The notes under the pieces were generated by a model that was not told the origin of the DNA, made no database searches, and saw nothing but the letters and a program-made list of their open reading frames with translations. From positions 115,496 to 176,893 of the forward strand of contig NW_008246088.1 in the NCBI RefSeq assembly GCF_000281045.1: a stretch of 61,398 bases of DNA. Direction: 5' to 3'. This stretch comes from Saprolegnia diclina VS20. Lineage: Eukaryota. Both the position numbers and the translations under genes were made by a program. This document shows positions 47,101 through 60,864 of this stretch, in pieces (the first letter of the stretch is position 1; every line of letters starts with the position of its first letter).

Positions 47101-50100
47101 GCTGATATAAGATAGCACGTGCCCAAAGTCGGTCGACAGCGTCTCGCAGCTGCTTGCGACGTCGTCGTGCAAGCGCTTTGGCAACCGTCACGGTGCGTTC
47201 TTGGAGTGCGCGGGCTACGGTGAACCACTCTCCAAAGACAGTCGCCAGCGACGTCCGTGTCCAGTGCACCTAGTCCCATCGAGTACACACTTCGAATCAA
47301 AATGTGGGCGTACCAGAGCACGCTGCTTGGACGAGGCGCGTTGCCGCCGACGATCGAGCCAGAGGCGCCAGTGGCTCATATTGCACCGTAGCGTGCGCTG
47401 GCGTTGCCACGTCATGGCGCGCGGTTTCAATACGTGTATCCGTCGACGAAACGTGCTGGCAGCGTGCCACGTATCGATTGCACGACGGAGGCAAAAGTGC
47501 GTCGCTCGCACGCGCGACGCGTGCTTGGCTTGCTGCGTCTGGCGCCACACGAGCCATTGCTCAAAGCATCGCCGCACCGCGTGGCCAAGAAGGCGCCGGG
47601 CGACGTCTTGGCCGCGCTGGCGCAGGGCTCTGGCGTCTCTTGCGACGGCGCGCCAGGCGAAAAACCACTGCTTTTGAAAGTGGTGGCGCCACCACGCAAT
47701 CGTCGTCTTGATCTTTGCAGCGGCGGCGCACCGCGCCATGTAAACTTGACGCCATGCCACCCAGGCCGAGTGGCCTTCGAGGACTTGCCACTGGTGTCGG
47801 ACTCTCTCCGAGCGACGCTTGCGCTCGCGAGTTTTGACGACAGACACTTGCCAGTGACGCCAGACCCGTCGCAGAGCGGCGGTGCCTTGACGACTCTGCA
47901 GATGCTCGAGACGGTGCCGCAGCCAGTGGCGCGTACTACATATCTGGTCAAACCAGCACATTGCCAGATGTAGTACCGCGTGTACGCTACCCATGCCGCA
48001 AACAACTGCCTTCGTAGCTTGTCGTTTTGCTGTCTCAAGTACGCCGCGGCACATCGCTGGTGGTGAAAGCGACGGCGCCAGCAGTGCCACGACCCGCGCG
48101 TCACATTCTCTTGGTGGCGTTGACGCGCGAGTGCCTGCACCTTTCGTAGGCGACGACCGTACTGGACGCTCGCACGCCACGTGCCAAACGTGCGGCCCAT
48201 GTGGTTTTGCACCGCGGTAGCCAAGAGGCGCGTGATCCGCTGCTGCTGTCGCAGCGTCTACTCCCTTATAAGATGGCCGGTGCGACTCAACCCGTCGCGT
48301 ACCTCGTGCCAGCGGCGCAAGCTGCGCTGCTGCAAGTGGCGGTGGTGACACGCCCACGCTGTCATCCATCGTGCGTGACGCGCCTGCCGTTGCGCGACAA
48401 AGCGCCGCCAGAGCACCATCGCACAGCTTTTGGTATGCGACGTCATCTGCGACGTCAAGACTGCGGCGACCGTGGCGTGAAATCGACGGGCCTTCCAGAG
48501 CCGCCAAAAGCGCCGCTTCCGCACCGTCTGCACGTTGCGCAGGTCGACTGTCTGCGTTTCGAGCGCGGCCGCCGTCGACCTACGACGCATGAGGCAGGGC
48601 AAGAGGTGTCGCGACGCACACTCGCCAGCGCGCGACCCAGTACAGCGCATCGCAGCGTCGAAACGCTGCGGCGACCGTCGTTTGCAGGAACCGACGTCGG
48701 CGCGCCGTGTGCAGCAGCTGGTGCCACGCGCGCCAGGTCCTCTGCATTTGCCTATCGGCACAATGCTACCAAGAACATAGCGTTCTGTCCAGGACGTGTA
48801 GACGAGAGAAGACGTACGTCGTTGGCTCGGGCAAGCACGAGGCGGTGATACCGACCGCGGCGACATTGCTCGATCCACATCACCAAGGCCCGCCGCCGCA
48901 TCGACAGGTGGGCGACATGGTCGCAGCGAGCATGCAGGAGCCGCTTGGCTTGTTGCCGAGGAAGATACCGACGCCATTGGACAACGCACGCGCGCAATTG
49001 CCGAAGGCCATACGTGTGCTGCACGAGGCCAAAGGCGTGGGACCGTACGCAAAGCGTCCGCCATCGACACAAGGCGCGGCGACAGCGCGCTTGGTGGCCG
49101 CGCCACGCCGCCTCTTGCTGCCGAAGCGTCCCCGTCTTCCACGCGCGAAAGACCTAATCCGACTGCGTTACAAGGGTCCGTATCAGCGTCTACCTGCGCC
49201 AGTCGCCGCGCCGAGGCCATGGCCGCGTCGGCGTCGACACGCGCGCGCTGCAGCCGTCTCTGGTGATAGTAGGTGCGCCACCGCTGAAAGATCCGCTGCT
49301 GTGTATGCAGCACGTGTGCGTGGCCGGCGCCGCGAAGGCGCATAGCGGCTTTCCACGCGCGCCAAAGCAATCGCACCGTTTGCTGACCGTGGCGCGTCAC
49401 CATGCACCGCTCTTTGGGAGCGACGCAGAGAGCATAGCGATGCCAGAGACGCAATAGATCGCGCGCGCGCCGGTGCCGCGCGTTGTAGAAGCGGTGCTGG
49501 ACCGTGACCCGGCGATGTAGGTCGGCGCGTGCATGCTGAAGCCACGCGCGCCAGACCTTGAGGAGCACCCAGCTGCGCAGCGTGGCATCGGCGTGCAAGA
49601 AGAGCGCCATGCGCTTGGAAGAAACATGGAGCGATTTGGTGAGCGCGACCGATGCCAGCGTCGATCCAACGGCCGTCGGATCCGCTGTCGGCAGCGACCT
49701 GTCGAGCCACCGAAAGAGGCAGCGCAGCTGGATCGGTGCGAGGCGCCTACCCATGGAGAACGACATATCGTACAGCGTTGAGGCTGTACTATCGCACCGG
49801 GACCGCGCTTCGAGCACATAACGCGTCCAGTGGGTAAAGACCATCGAGAGCCGGCGGAAGCTCTCGTACGACTGCGCGTCGACGGCAACCAGTGCGCGGG
49901 TGGCTACGTGGCATGCCATGTGCATCTACGCCGTGCAGACACGACGATACCAGTCATCTTGTCGGCGACGGACATGGTGGAACGCGCGCGGCGTCCGTCA
50001 ACGCTCGTCTTCATCGTCATGGTCGTCCGTGCCGACGCTGCTGTTGCGGAAAGGACGTCGGAGAAGCGGTCGACCGACGCGGTTCGATCCCGCGCCGGCG

Positions 50101-50419
50101 CGCGTCGGCTCGGACGCGTCGACGCCTAATCCTGCATGAGCGACGGGGGAGAGGGGTAGTAGTAGTGACCAGCCGCGACAGCTTCTTCCACCAGTCCTCC
50201 TCGGGGTCAAGGGCCAGCGTGAGGAGCGACCGGTGCAGATCGCGATGCGTCGAGGTCGGGTGCTCTTCGAGTGCAGCGGCTTCGAGCACCTGGACGAGCG
50301 AGAGGTGCTGCGTCTGGCCATGGCGCTTCTCGGCCCGGCGGACGATTTGCCGCAGCTGCTCCATGTCTACCTCATTCCATCGTCCTTCATCACGCGAGGC
50401 AGAACGTACGGAGCTCCAT
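41121..50419 (-). CDS. Very large Sfi1-repeat (centrin-binding) protein, many introns
   Basis: Dozens of A-x7-L-x3-(F/L/W)-x2-W-(R/K) type repeats across successive minus-strand ORFs joined by GT-AG introns. N-terminal LxxVLxAA...LLxLAL...WWKKL domain. Exon map approximate. Confidence 0.75.
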
Positions 50420-51179
50420 GCTGCAAGCGTTATCCTGGGTAGTGGCCTCCGCAGATCGGAATATTAATATTAATAACTCGAGCAAGATCCGCGACCGCCG
50501 AAGATCGCAATGCATCGCTGTGATTGGTGGACGCAAAATAGGGATGGATCAACATCCCTCGCCAACCCGACAGCTCTTTTGACCAAGACGCCATACCTCC
50601 TCGACTACTAGACTCGTTCGTACGCATGTACACATCGTCATGGACTAAATACAACTTGTCTGAAGCTATACGTTGACGGGGACAACCTAGACATGTCTCA
50701 TAGTAAAATGTCTTCGCTGTCCCCTCAACCTTGAATAACATTGTCATTCAGACGCCAACGTGTGCTAGGGCATAAAACCCAGGGAATATTGTCTTGGTGT
50801 GTATCGACGAGGTGTTGCGACGTGGACGGACCGCCACAGCGCACCGAGATGACAGAGTCCGTCCCGTTGACTCGGAGATAGATCACCGCCAGATCTCTGG
50901 TACCAGTCTGGTATATACTGGGTTGGATCACTTTTCCTACTGATCTCGATGGCATCGGTCTCTTCCCAAGCTGTTTGTGGCCCAGCCGAATGCTCTGGCC
51001 TTCTGTGCTTGAGCGTGTGGTAGGACTCAATATCTGCTCTGGTATTCTGTCGATGGCAAGGCGAAGGCTGCTGCAGCGGCGGTGATTCGCCAAAAGCTGT
51101 TGCAGAGATACATGCACGCGGAATCCCACGCAGACAGATACTACTACCAATGTTAAAATAGGAGCGACAAGGTACGTCT

Positions 51180-54100
51180 TTAGCTGTGCTTGAGAATGTG
51201 CAGCGTGTTGTCGATGCGCTTGAACGTGTTCTTGGTGCACTGCACAATGAGGTCGGCAAACATACCCGCGGCCGCGGCGTCCGTCTTCTCGCTGCCCATG
51301 ATCTCAACAATGTAGTTGATGTCGTCGCGCCGGCGCAATTCGGGCATGTCGGCCGGGATCATGAGCAAGAGGAGCGAGACGAGCAGGTGCAAGTGCCGGC
51401 GCACAACGTTGAACGCCTCGCCCGCGAGGTCCTGGAACTTGCGGAACATGTCGGTGCCAATGCCGCCAAAGACGTGCGCCATCTCGGGCGTAAACACAAA
51501 CGGCGTCTTCTCGCGCTTGATGCCGTACTAGACAGAGTAGACGCATGAGATGACGCTCATCGAAGCAAAGTGTTCTCTACCTGGTACTTCATAAAGCCGA
51601 GGAAATGACCGAAATCAATGTGGAAGTAGCGACCACCCGTCGTGATCTAGCGACAAAGACGATGAGGCTTGCATCGCACAAACCATGTAGACGTACCATA
51701 ATGTTGTCATTGTGCCGGTCGCCGATACCAAGCACGTACGTCGCAACGCAGTAGCCGGCGCACGACCGCATGAAGAGGTCGACCGCGACCTTCTTGCTGC
51801 GCGCGTCCGCGTTGTTGGCTTCGATCCAGTCGGTAAAACTGGCATCGTTGAACGCGCCAAAGATGCCGCCCATGGCGCCACCACGCTTGTGCACATCGGC
51901 CGTCGTCACAGCGTGCTGGACGACTTGGAGGATACCCGTCATGGGGCCGGTCGAGACGCACTTGTACGGCTCCATAGCGAGGTCTTTCCCGTCTTCACGC
52001 CACATTTCGTCCATGAGACGAATGAGCTGCAGCGTGAGGCAGTCCTGGCGCACGTCGTCGCCGGCCTTGAAGATGATGATGACCGGGTCGCCGCCTTCTT
52101 CGGCGTTTTCAAACTCGAGCCAGAGCGGCAGTTTGGCCGACGACATGATCTTGCACTTCTTTACAACGATGCGACGGACTTCAACACGCGGATCGATCGG
52201 CAGCTGGTAGGCCGACTGGAGCGACTCGTTGAGCTCGTCGAGGCGCTGGTGCAGAAGCGCCTTGAGCGCTTCCATCGACTTGTTGGTATGCGACAGCTCC
52301 TTGATCTCTTGGCAAATCTGCTCAAACACGCCTTTCTCCGAGAAGAGCTTGTCCTGGATCTCGAGGATCGAGCGCATCTTGTACGAGCACACGTCCACGT
52401 ACGTGTTGAGGAGAAGGCCGTACCGCTCCTTGTACTGCTCGTTGTACGACTCGACCTTCATGCTCCAAAAGAGGTCAAACCCGATCTGGTTGGGGTTCTT
52501 GATCGCACGCTCGATCAAATGCTTGGCGAGCGGCGACACGTGGTGGTTTTCAAACTTGAGCGCTTGGACGAGCTGCGGCAAAAAGTAGCTGAACGTCGTG
52601 TCGGCCATCTCCGCGAGCTTGTCGACCGCAAACTGCCGGACGCCTTCGTGCGCAAACTCCATGTCGAGGAGCTCAATGTACGCGGCGGGGTGGCTCGCCT
52701 TGGCCCAGCGCGGTAGAAACGCAATCACGTCGTCGACCTCTTTCGCGTTGAACCAGTTGACGCACGTCAGCATGCGCGGGAGGAACTCAAACTGGTCCAT
52801 GAAATCGGCGCGGTTCTTCCACATGATGGCCTTCTGGAACGACGAGAGGCGGTAGAGCGGGTCGCGCCGGATCGTCTCCCGAAGGTCGTCGAGCGCCTTG
52901 GTGCCGCCGTCCGAGAAGACACTGCTGTTGAGCGACGATTGGCGCCCGCTCATGACACGACCGCGCTCCGACATGAGGTTCATCGAGTAGCCGTGCAAGA
53001 TCGTGCTGCGGTCCGCGGTGCCCGGGTCCAAGGTTAGTCGACTCAAGTCGTTGTCGTACTGGTTGCCTATGTTGAAGCTGTCGTTGTCGTCCTCGTCGTC
53101 CGAGAGCGTCTCGCCCGACGCCACCATCTTGATGGCCATGAGCCACTCTTCGCGCTCCTGGCGCGTGTTGGCGCACAAGATAAACTCGCGCGAGCTCTCG
53201 GCCGCCCGGAGCTTGAAGACCCACGTGCTCTGCTCCTTGCGCGTGCCCTTCGAGACTGCAAACGTCGTGTAGCGCTCGTTGAGCTCGTCAGCGATCATGA
53301 CGTTCGCGCCAAGGAGGTCGATCGTGTGCTTGGCCGGCGCGTTGACGTCTTCGGCGTACGAGAGCGAGTGCGTCGTCTGCGAGAGCGTGAACCACCGGTT
53401 CTGCCACGCGGTCAGCGTATGGCTCTTGCCCGTCTTCTTGAGCCAGCCCGACTTTTCCAGCGTCTCGCTGCGAGATCCGTTCGTGCTGGACGAGATGATC
53501 TGCTCTGTCGCTGCGTTCGACGCGTTGCCCGCCGACCAATCAAACACAATGTCGGCGTGGAACGACGAGAGCGACACCTGGCAGAGCCATCACACAATAA
53601 GAGACTTGTCAGCAATAAAGAAGAGACGTACGTGGAGAATGGGCTTGGCCGGATCAATGACGTGCGGCACTGGGCCGTGGTGGCTCGTGTGCAGGTTGTC
53701 GAGCATCTGCATGTACTGGTCGCCCTGCGCAATGAGGCCCTCGACGTCAAACACGTTGAGGCCCGTCGTGAGGATGCGTTCGCGGTCGTTGCCGTCGCTG
53801 TTGTTGGAGACGACGCCGCCAAGGCCCTTCCGGACACCGTACAAGGTGAAGACAAGGCGCGCCGTGCGCGGAATCTCGTACAAACGCAATTTGGTCTTGT
53901 ACCACTTGGGCTCGGTCCAGACTGCGATAAGCCCGTCGTCCATCTGCGCCTTCATGCGCACGTCGGTGGTTTCGACCACGTTTTCCAGGAGCTTGCCGCC
54001 GTTGTAGAGCTCGATGGTCACGATGCCATTCGTGAAGAGAAGCGGCCGCTGCTCGGGCGCCATGTCGTGCGCCGTCCGGCGGAGGTGCGTCGTGTAGCGT

Positions 54101-55398
54101 GGGATGTTGAGCACGCGGTTGATGCAAAACCGGAGCGGCTCGCGGTAGTGGCAGCTCTTGCCGGTGGTAAACTGGCTGTCGGCGTTGTTGTCCTCGTCGT
54201 TGGTCGTCTGCCAGTCGTTGCCGAGGGTCGTAAAGTTGAACTTGTTGCGGCTCGCCCCCGACGACGACGGTGCCGGCCGACACACGGCTTCGTTGTAGAT
54301 GAGCCCGGACGCCGGGCGCATGCTCAGGCCACGCTGAAGCGCCTCCTTGATCTTGCTCTGGTGCACGAGCGTCAGACAAAGTGTCTTCTTTGTGATGAGA
54401 CACTCGCGCACGTGCTGGTAGTTGCTAACTTCGCGGAACGGGTCGATCATGTAGTCGCGGTACCCCGTAAACTTGAGGACGTACTCCTTCGGGTCGTACG
54501 GATGCAGTGGCGCCGCGTCGAGCATGAGCTTGTAGCAGTTGAAGATGTGCTCGACCGACTCTTGCACCGTGTAGGACGGAAGGATCACGAGACGCACTTC
54601 GTTTTCGGCGGACGCCGACACCTCGGCGAGCTGGAGCATGCGCCGGTAGATGAGGTTGACGCAGTGAAAGCGCACCGAGTGGCAAAGCGCGTGAACCCAC
54701 ATCTGGTACTCGTCTTCGGACTCGGCCTGCAGCACCCACGTCCGGTTCGTCGTCACGAGGTCGATGCCCCACTTGACGGTCACGCCCTTGATCGTCGTCG
54801 GCTGGACCGAAGAGACCTTGTCGAGCTCGATCTTGCCCTGCATGAGTGGTACCTTCTCTTCCCGCGAGAGCGGCCGGCCGCGGTGCTCGGGCTTCTTCTT
54901 GTAGTACGTAAGCACCTTGTTCTCGAGCTCCATGTAGCGCTTCTTCATGGCCGTGTTCTTCTCGCCCTTCTTCTTGAGCCAGCCAGCGACGTTGAGCTTT
55001 TCCTTGTCGACGCCGACGTGGTTCGGGTTGGTGATGAGGAGGCTCATGGGCAGGCGCGCGACCGTCTTGAGCGTCTGCGGCAGCACCTTGTTGCTGTTCC
55101 GGTGCGCGATCCAGTCGTCGTTCTCGAGCCGGTACTCGGGCGTGTTGGCGCGGATCTCGAGCGTCTCGGCCTTGACTTCTTCGTGAACGCCCTTGAGGAT
55201 AGCGCCGACCGCCTGGCGCAGCGCCAGACTCTCCTTCGAGTGGACGAGGCCCGGCACGGGCTGCCACCGGCCGGCCTCGGCGGCCTTGGCGCCGCTGCCG
55301 TACTGCGCGAAGGGGTTGAGGTCGTCGAAGGCCGGCAGCTTCCCCGAGGTCGCCATGGCCGCGAAGTCCATCTCGCCGTAGCCCCGACTGCTGTTCAT
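51180..55398 (-). CDS. PI3K copy E, about 1353 aa, 3 introns
   Basis: Introns 53578-53631, 51647-51696 and 51528-51580 give a continuous frame. Two PH domains and intact kinase motifs. Confidence 0.93.
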
Positions 55399-55529
55399 CT
55401 TATCTGCGTCTGCGTCCAAGGTGGCAGTCGAATATTATCCGATTTCAATATTAATATTATAATATTCGCGTTTGGCTGCAATTTTATTCGCCGTCGAAAG
55501 AGATGCTGCCAGTCAAACTGGGGCCGACC

Positions 55530-55571
55530 GTATCCGGACGACCCCGTCGCCCGGGGCCGCATCCGGATACG
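55530..55571 (-). promoter_or_regulatory. Imperfect inverted repeat (GTATCCGGA...TCCGGATAC) with the shared motif, upstream of PI3K E
   Basis: 9-bp perfect outer arms plus CCCCG/CGGGG inner arms, set in an AT-rich divergent promoter. Confidence 0.45.
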
Positions 55572-56685
55572 CCACCCCATAGAAATATTGGCCGCGGACT
55601 ATACAAGCGGAATATTAATATTCCTGCGATATTTTCCTGGCCTGGATATTTTTATTAGTTGCTGTAAAAACACCCGAATCGTCGTGGGATTGTCGCCGTC
55701 TTTCGCGCCTCTTTTATTCCTTCTATTGTATTATTAATAATACAAATACGATGTTCAATATTTGTCGACAATGGGATGGCCTCTCCCGCTATTATAGCCA
55801 ATGAAAACGGTTTGGCGACGATTCATCGCATTGGATTGGTGGAAATTACCCGTCCGCTGGGTTCAACGCGGCCATCGTGGCAAGGCGTCGTGGCGCGGCC
55901 GCAAGGGCACAAGGGTACTTTGGATAACAGTATTTACCGCTGTAGATGGGAATGAGCGACATGTTGCATACGCGAAGGACTGAGTGCGGCAAGTGAATTC
56001 GATGACTGCGCGATTCACCGATTCCGATTCAAAATTCGACTCTCACGACCCCGCGACGAGTGAAAAATGTGAGATTCGCATGTGCAAATTCAAAAACAAA
56101 CTCGAGCCCGACGACTCAAACGCTGTGCAGGTCTATAATAGCGGCTGGTTTCGTGCGTCCAAGGCGGCGCTGCTCATCACGAGTGACGACGTGGCGTCTG
56201 TCGTAGGTCCACCGCTGCTCAGTCCCCTCTTCAGTAAGCTTCCTCAGCACAATCGGGATGCGAAGATCTCGCTCGTACGTTCTGTTCTGAGTACAGATGT
56301 GGTCTGTCGTCACTTGCCATTGATCGTGGTCGTGAGCACTCGGTCCGGCTCAAGGAAGTGACGAAGCAAGCAAGAGTCGTCGACCTGCCAAGCCGCCACC
56401 TTCACTCACCTGGCGGCGCGTACCCGCCAGTAGGCGAAGCTTCGAGATGACCTTGCTACTATATAATTGCTGAATTGTTGTCGGGCCTGGTGGCGGGAGA
56501 AGTTGATGCAGTGCGTCACGAGGTGGGTTTTGAATCTCACGCGTGTGTATTACATTTTCACCTTTTTCACGTGAGAGGAGAGCGCTTTTGCGACATGTCT
56601 ATCCGGATGCTCAAACTGGATGCTCAAAAGTCGGCTTTTTGCTCAATCCGAGTTTGGTTCCGTGGATTCGCCGACGACAACGAAG

Positions 56686-59600
56686 ATGGTGATCCGCTGC
56701 ACGTCGTCGACCGAGCTCGACGTGGCCTTGCCCAGCATGGACGAGCTCAACCCGTACGGCCTCGCGTGGTGTGGCGAGCTCGATAGCGGCAACAACAACA
56801 ACGACGCAGACGCGGGCGGCGTCGAGACGTGGCTGCCCGTGCCGTCCCTCATGCACTCGAAGGAGAGCGTCCGGTTCCGCGAGGCGCTCTCAAACGTGCT
56901 GCAGGACATGCATCTCGAAGTGTCGCCGGACGAGCTCGAGGCGCGCGCGACGACGCCCGAGTACAAGCTCGAGCAAAGCGACTGGGCGGCGCACGACGTG
57001 GCCGACGCGTTCCTCAAGACCGTCGCCCGGCTTCCGCAAGAGCTCCTCGACGACGACGACGACGACGATGAGAAGCCGTCGATGGCGCCAAAGAGCGACG
57101 CGCCGGTCACTCTCGGGTGGCTCAAGAAGCGTGGCGAAGGCAACACGTCCATGAAGAAGCGCTGGATGCAGCTCGAAGGCAACGTCATTGCCTACTACAA
57201 GCGCGAAGTCGACAACGCCAAGTACACGCGGGCCGAGCGCGTCAAGCTTCAAAAAGGCAACATCGAGCTCGACAAGATCTCGTGCTTCCAGCCCTGCGGC
57301 GAGCGCGATCTCTGGTGGGCGTTTGAGCTCGTGACGACGAACCGGACGTGGGTGCTGCAGGCCGAGTCCGAGGCCGAGTACATGAAGTGGGTCAACGCGC
57401 TCAGCCACACGGTGAGCTTCCAAGTTGTCAACATCGTTTACCGGCGCATGCTCTGCCTCCAAGAAGTCCGCGCGACCGCCAAGACCGACGTCCGGCTCAA
57501 TTTGCCCCAAGCGTTCACCGTCGAAATGGCCATCGAGCACATCTTCCACAGCTACGAAGCAACTGTGGACGCCTCCGCGCTCCGGCCCTACACCCCATCC
57601 GACTATGTGCTCAAGCTCACGGGCTTCAAGGACTACCTCATCGACCCGAAGCGCCGCGTCGTCGACTACACGTATGTGCGCGAGTGCCTCGTGACCAAGA
57701 AGATGCTGCGGCTCTCGGTCGTCCCCAAGGCCTCCTTGACGCTGACGCCGAGTCACAAGCGCGTCCTGAGCAACATCAAGTCGTCCGGTCGGCTTTCGTC
57801 GATGCTAGCGACGTCGCTGATGGCGTTCGAGTCGCCCGACGCGCACCACGGTAGCACCAACAACAATGCGAGCGAGACGACCGACGATGCCATCCCCGAG
57901 GCCAGCACGTACCCGTCGCTCCTCGCGCCGAGTTGCAACCTCAAGGAGCCGCTTCGGTTCTGCATTCATCGCGCGATCAACTGCCCGGGCTTTACGTCGT
58001 CGCTCAAGCGCACGTCGCACGACATGAGCATCGAAAAGCAGCCGCTTGTTTATGCCGATGTGCTCGTCCGCGTCGAGCTCTATGACGGCGGCCAGCGCCT
58101 CGAGGACCCCATCGAGTCGGTCGACACCAAGCTCCAGCTCCAAACGGCCACAGCTTCGGCCAGCAGCGTCGGGTGGAACGTCCACGACTACGTCGCGCGC
58201 TGGGATGAGCCAAAATGGTACCGCACCAAGATGAAGATCAAGGATCTGCCGCGGACCGCCCGGCTCGTTTTGACGCTCTGGGGTGCCAAGAAGGACGCAA
58301 GTGGCAAGGTCAGCGCCAACGTCGACGAGCGTGAACGCATTTGCAGCACCGCCATCAACGTCTTTGACGTCGATGGACTCCTCGTGCAAGGCGACACGTA
58401 CAACCAACTCCTCTCGAGCGTGTACACGCTCCGCGTCGGCCCGGTGCCCCATATCATTGACACGACCAAGCCGTACCTCCACGTACGAAAGCTGCTTCTC
58501 TTCCTCTTCTTTTACGATGGATGGCTAGCTGACGATGGCGCAATTCCCCACCGACGTCCAGTACCGCCTCCAAGACGACAGTACCGACAACCAAGACGAA
58601 GGCATCAACGACGACGACGAGGCCAGTCGCCCGACAGGGCTCGTTATCGAGAAGAAGGGGTGGCTCAAGAAGCTCGGGCAGCAAGGCTCGCTGAGCAAGT
58701 GGCGCAAGCGCTGGTTCAGCCTCTCGTCGGCGACCGGTGTCCTCAGCTACAGCGACTCGGCCCAGAGCAACACGCCAAAGCTCATTCCGCTCAAGCAGGC
58801 GACGGTGCTCATCTGTGATGCGCTAAAAGAGACGTACACGACGTTTGCTGTCAACAAGGGCACCCGCCGCGAGCAGCGCACGTGGGGCTTCAAGCTCAAG
58901 CCGTTCGAGTCCAGCCGCGTCTTCCTCATCGCCGCCGACTCCAAGCAAGACCGCGACGAGTGGATGGCCGCGATCCGCGCGGTCGCCTTCGAAGCGTCCG
59001 ACAACCAAAACGAGTTTCGCGACCTCGACGATTCGGCGCTCAGCAGCCAGCGCAGCACGATCACGGCGTCGTCCGTCTCGACCGACGACCTCAAGCGGCT
59101 TGATACAGCATCGATCTTTGAGTCGCCCTCGCCCTCGTCCTCGTCGCCATCGTCCTCGGTCGCCGCAGTCCTCGACGAAATCAAAGTCCTCATCGAAACC
59201 GACCCGCTCGTTCGGCTCAACAAGCTGCAAAAGACGGTGCTCTGGGCCCACCGGCACCTCTTTGCTCACTCGTTCCGCGCGCTGCCCCGCGTCCTCTCGT
59301 GCGTCCAGTGGACCAACGCGGCGGACGTCGACGAGGCCCGCGCGCTCATGGCTTCGTGGGCCGCGCCACGGCACCCGGCCGAGTACCTCGAGCTCCTCGA
59401 CGTCGAGTTCTCGTCCGACTACGTGCGCAAGTTTGCGGTCGAGAAGCTCGCAGCCATGGCCGACACGACGTTCAGCTACTTCATCCCGCAGCTCGTCCAA
59501 GCGCTCAAGTACGAGAGCTACCACGCGTCGCCGCTGGCACTGCATCTGATTGAACGCGGGCTGCGCAACCCGAACCAGATTGGTTTTGATATTTTCTGGG

Positions 59601-60864
59601 CGCTGAAAGTCGAGGCCGAGAACGACCGGTTCCGGGAGCGCTTTGGGACCCTTCTGAATTCGTTCATTGACGTCTCGTCGGCCAAGATGCGCGACGTGCT
59701 CTTCGTGCAGAGCACGCTCTTCTCGCCGTCCGGTGCGCTGGAAGGCATCTGCCAGTACGTCAAGCAGCTCAAGGCGGGACGCAAAAACTTGGATGAGATC
59801 CGCGCCGAGGCCCGTAGCAAGCTCACGGCGCTCAACGAGAGCCTGCCGACGTCGTACCAGCTGCCGATCGACCCGCGCGTCGAAGTCGGCAAGCTCATCG
59901 TGTCCAAGTGCAAGGTCATGTCGTCGGCCAAGCTTCCGCTCTATCTTGTCTTTGAGAACGCCGAGGCTGGCGGCGACCCGATCACCGTCATTTTCAAGTC
60001 GGGCGACGACGTGCGTCAGGACAGTTTGACGCTGCAGTTGATCCGCGTCATGGACGAACTCTGGCGCGAGCGCGGCTTGGATTTGGCCATGGAGCCTTAC
60101 AAATGCGTGGCGACCGGCCCCATGACGGGCATCCTCCAAGTCGTGCTCAACTCGATCACGACCGCCGACATTCACAAGCGCATCGGCACACTGGGCGCGT
60201 TTGATGAGACGAGCTTCACCAACTGGATCACGGCCAACAACCAAGACAAGAAGAGCCTCAAGACCGCTGTCGACCTCTTTCGCCGGTCGTGCGCCGGCTA
60301 CTGCGTCGCAACGTGTGTCCTCGGGATCGGTGACCGGCACAACGACAACATCATGGTACCTCCTGTCCAAGGATCTGTCAGACTGACATACCCTACTAGC
60401 TCACGCACGCGGGTCGGTACTTTCACATTGACTTTGGTCACTTTCTCGGGCACGTCAAGTACCAGGTAGCGACGACCGAGCGGCTTTCCGGATCTGAATT
60501 GTGGTTCTAGTTTGGCATCAAGCGTGAGAAGACGCCGTTTGTGTTTACGCCCGAGATGGCGCACGTGCTCGGCGGCGTCGGGTCCGATGAGTTTGCCAAG
60601 TTTGTGCAGACATGCGGTGACGCGTTCAACGTGGTCCGAGAGCACGTGCCGTTCCTCGTGACGCTCTTCCTGCTCATGATCCCGGCCGAAATGCCCGAAT
60701 TGCGGAGCCGCGACGACATCAACTACCTCGTCGAAGTGTGTGTGCCCACGCTCTCGACAACGGACGCGGCCAAGAGCTTTGAAGTCGCGATCGAGTACTG
60801 CCTCGGGTCGCGCTTCAAGCGCTGGGACAACACCCTCCACATTGTCGCGCACAAGTACTTGTAA
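56686..60864 (+). CDS. PI3K copy F, about 1347 aa, 3 introns (alternative start 56620)
   Basis: Introns 58483-58528, 60356-60399 and 60466-60510 give a continuous frame. FKSGDDVRQD, DRHNDN and HIDFGHFLG. Confidence 0.92.

Noticed and set aside
41121..50419. Fragmented ORFs suggesting a pseudogene or mobile element
   Set aside because: The frame switches I checked coincide with short GT-AG introns, and no transposase, RT or terminal-repeat signature was seen.
50725..51310. Two minus-strand ORFs of 171-181 aa downstream of PI3K E
   Set aside because: They overlap the last exon of E in other frames and have no convincing motif. A faint LRR-like pattern was too weak to support.
53326..55737. 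Long antisense ORFs over PI3K genes (also 30074-31852 and 58823-60370)
   Set aside because: Shadow frames produced by high GC3 codon usage; no motifs, and they mirror real genes on the other strand.
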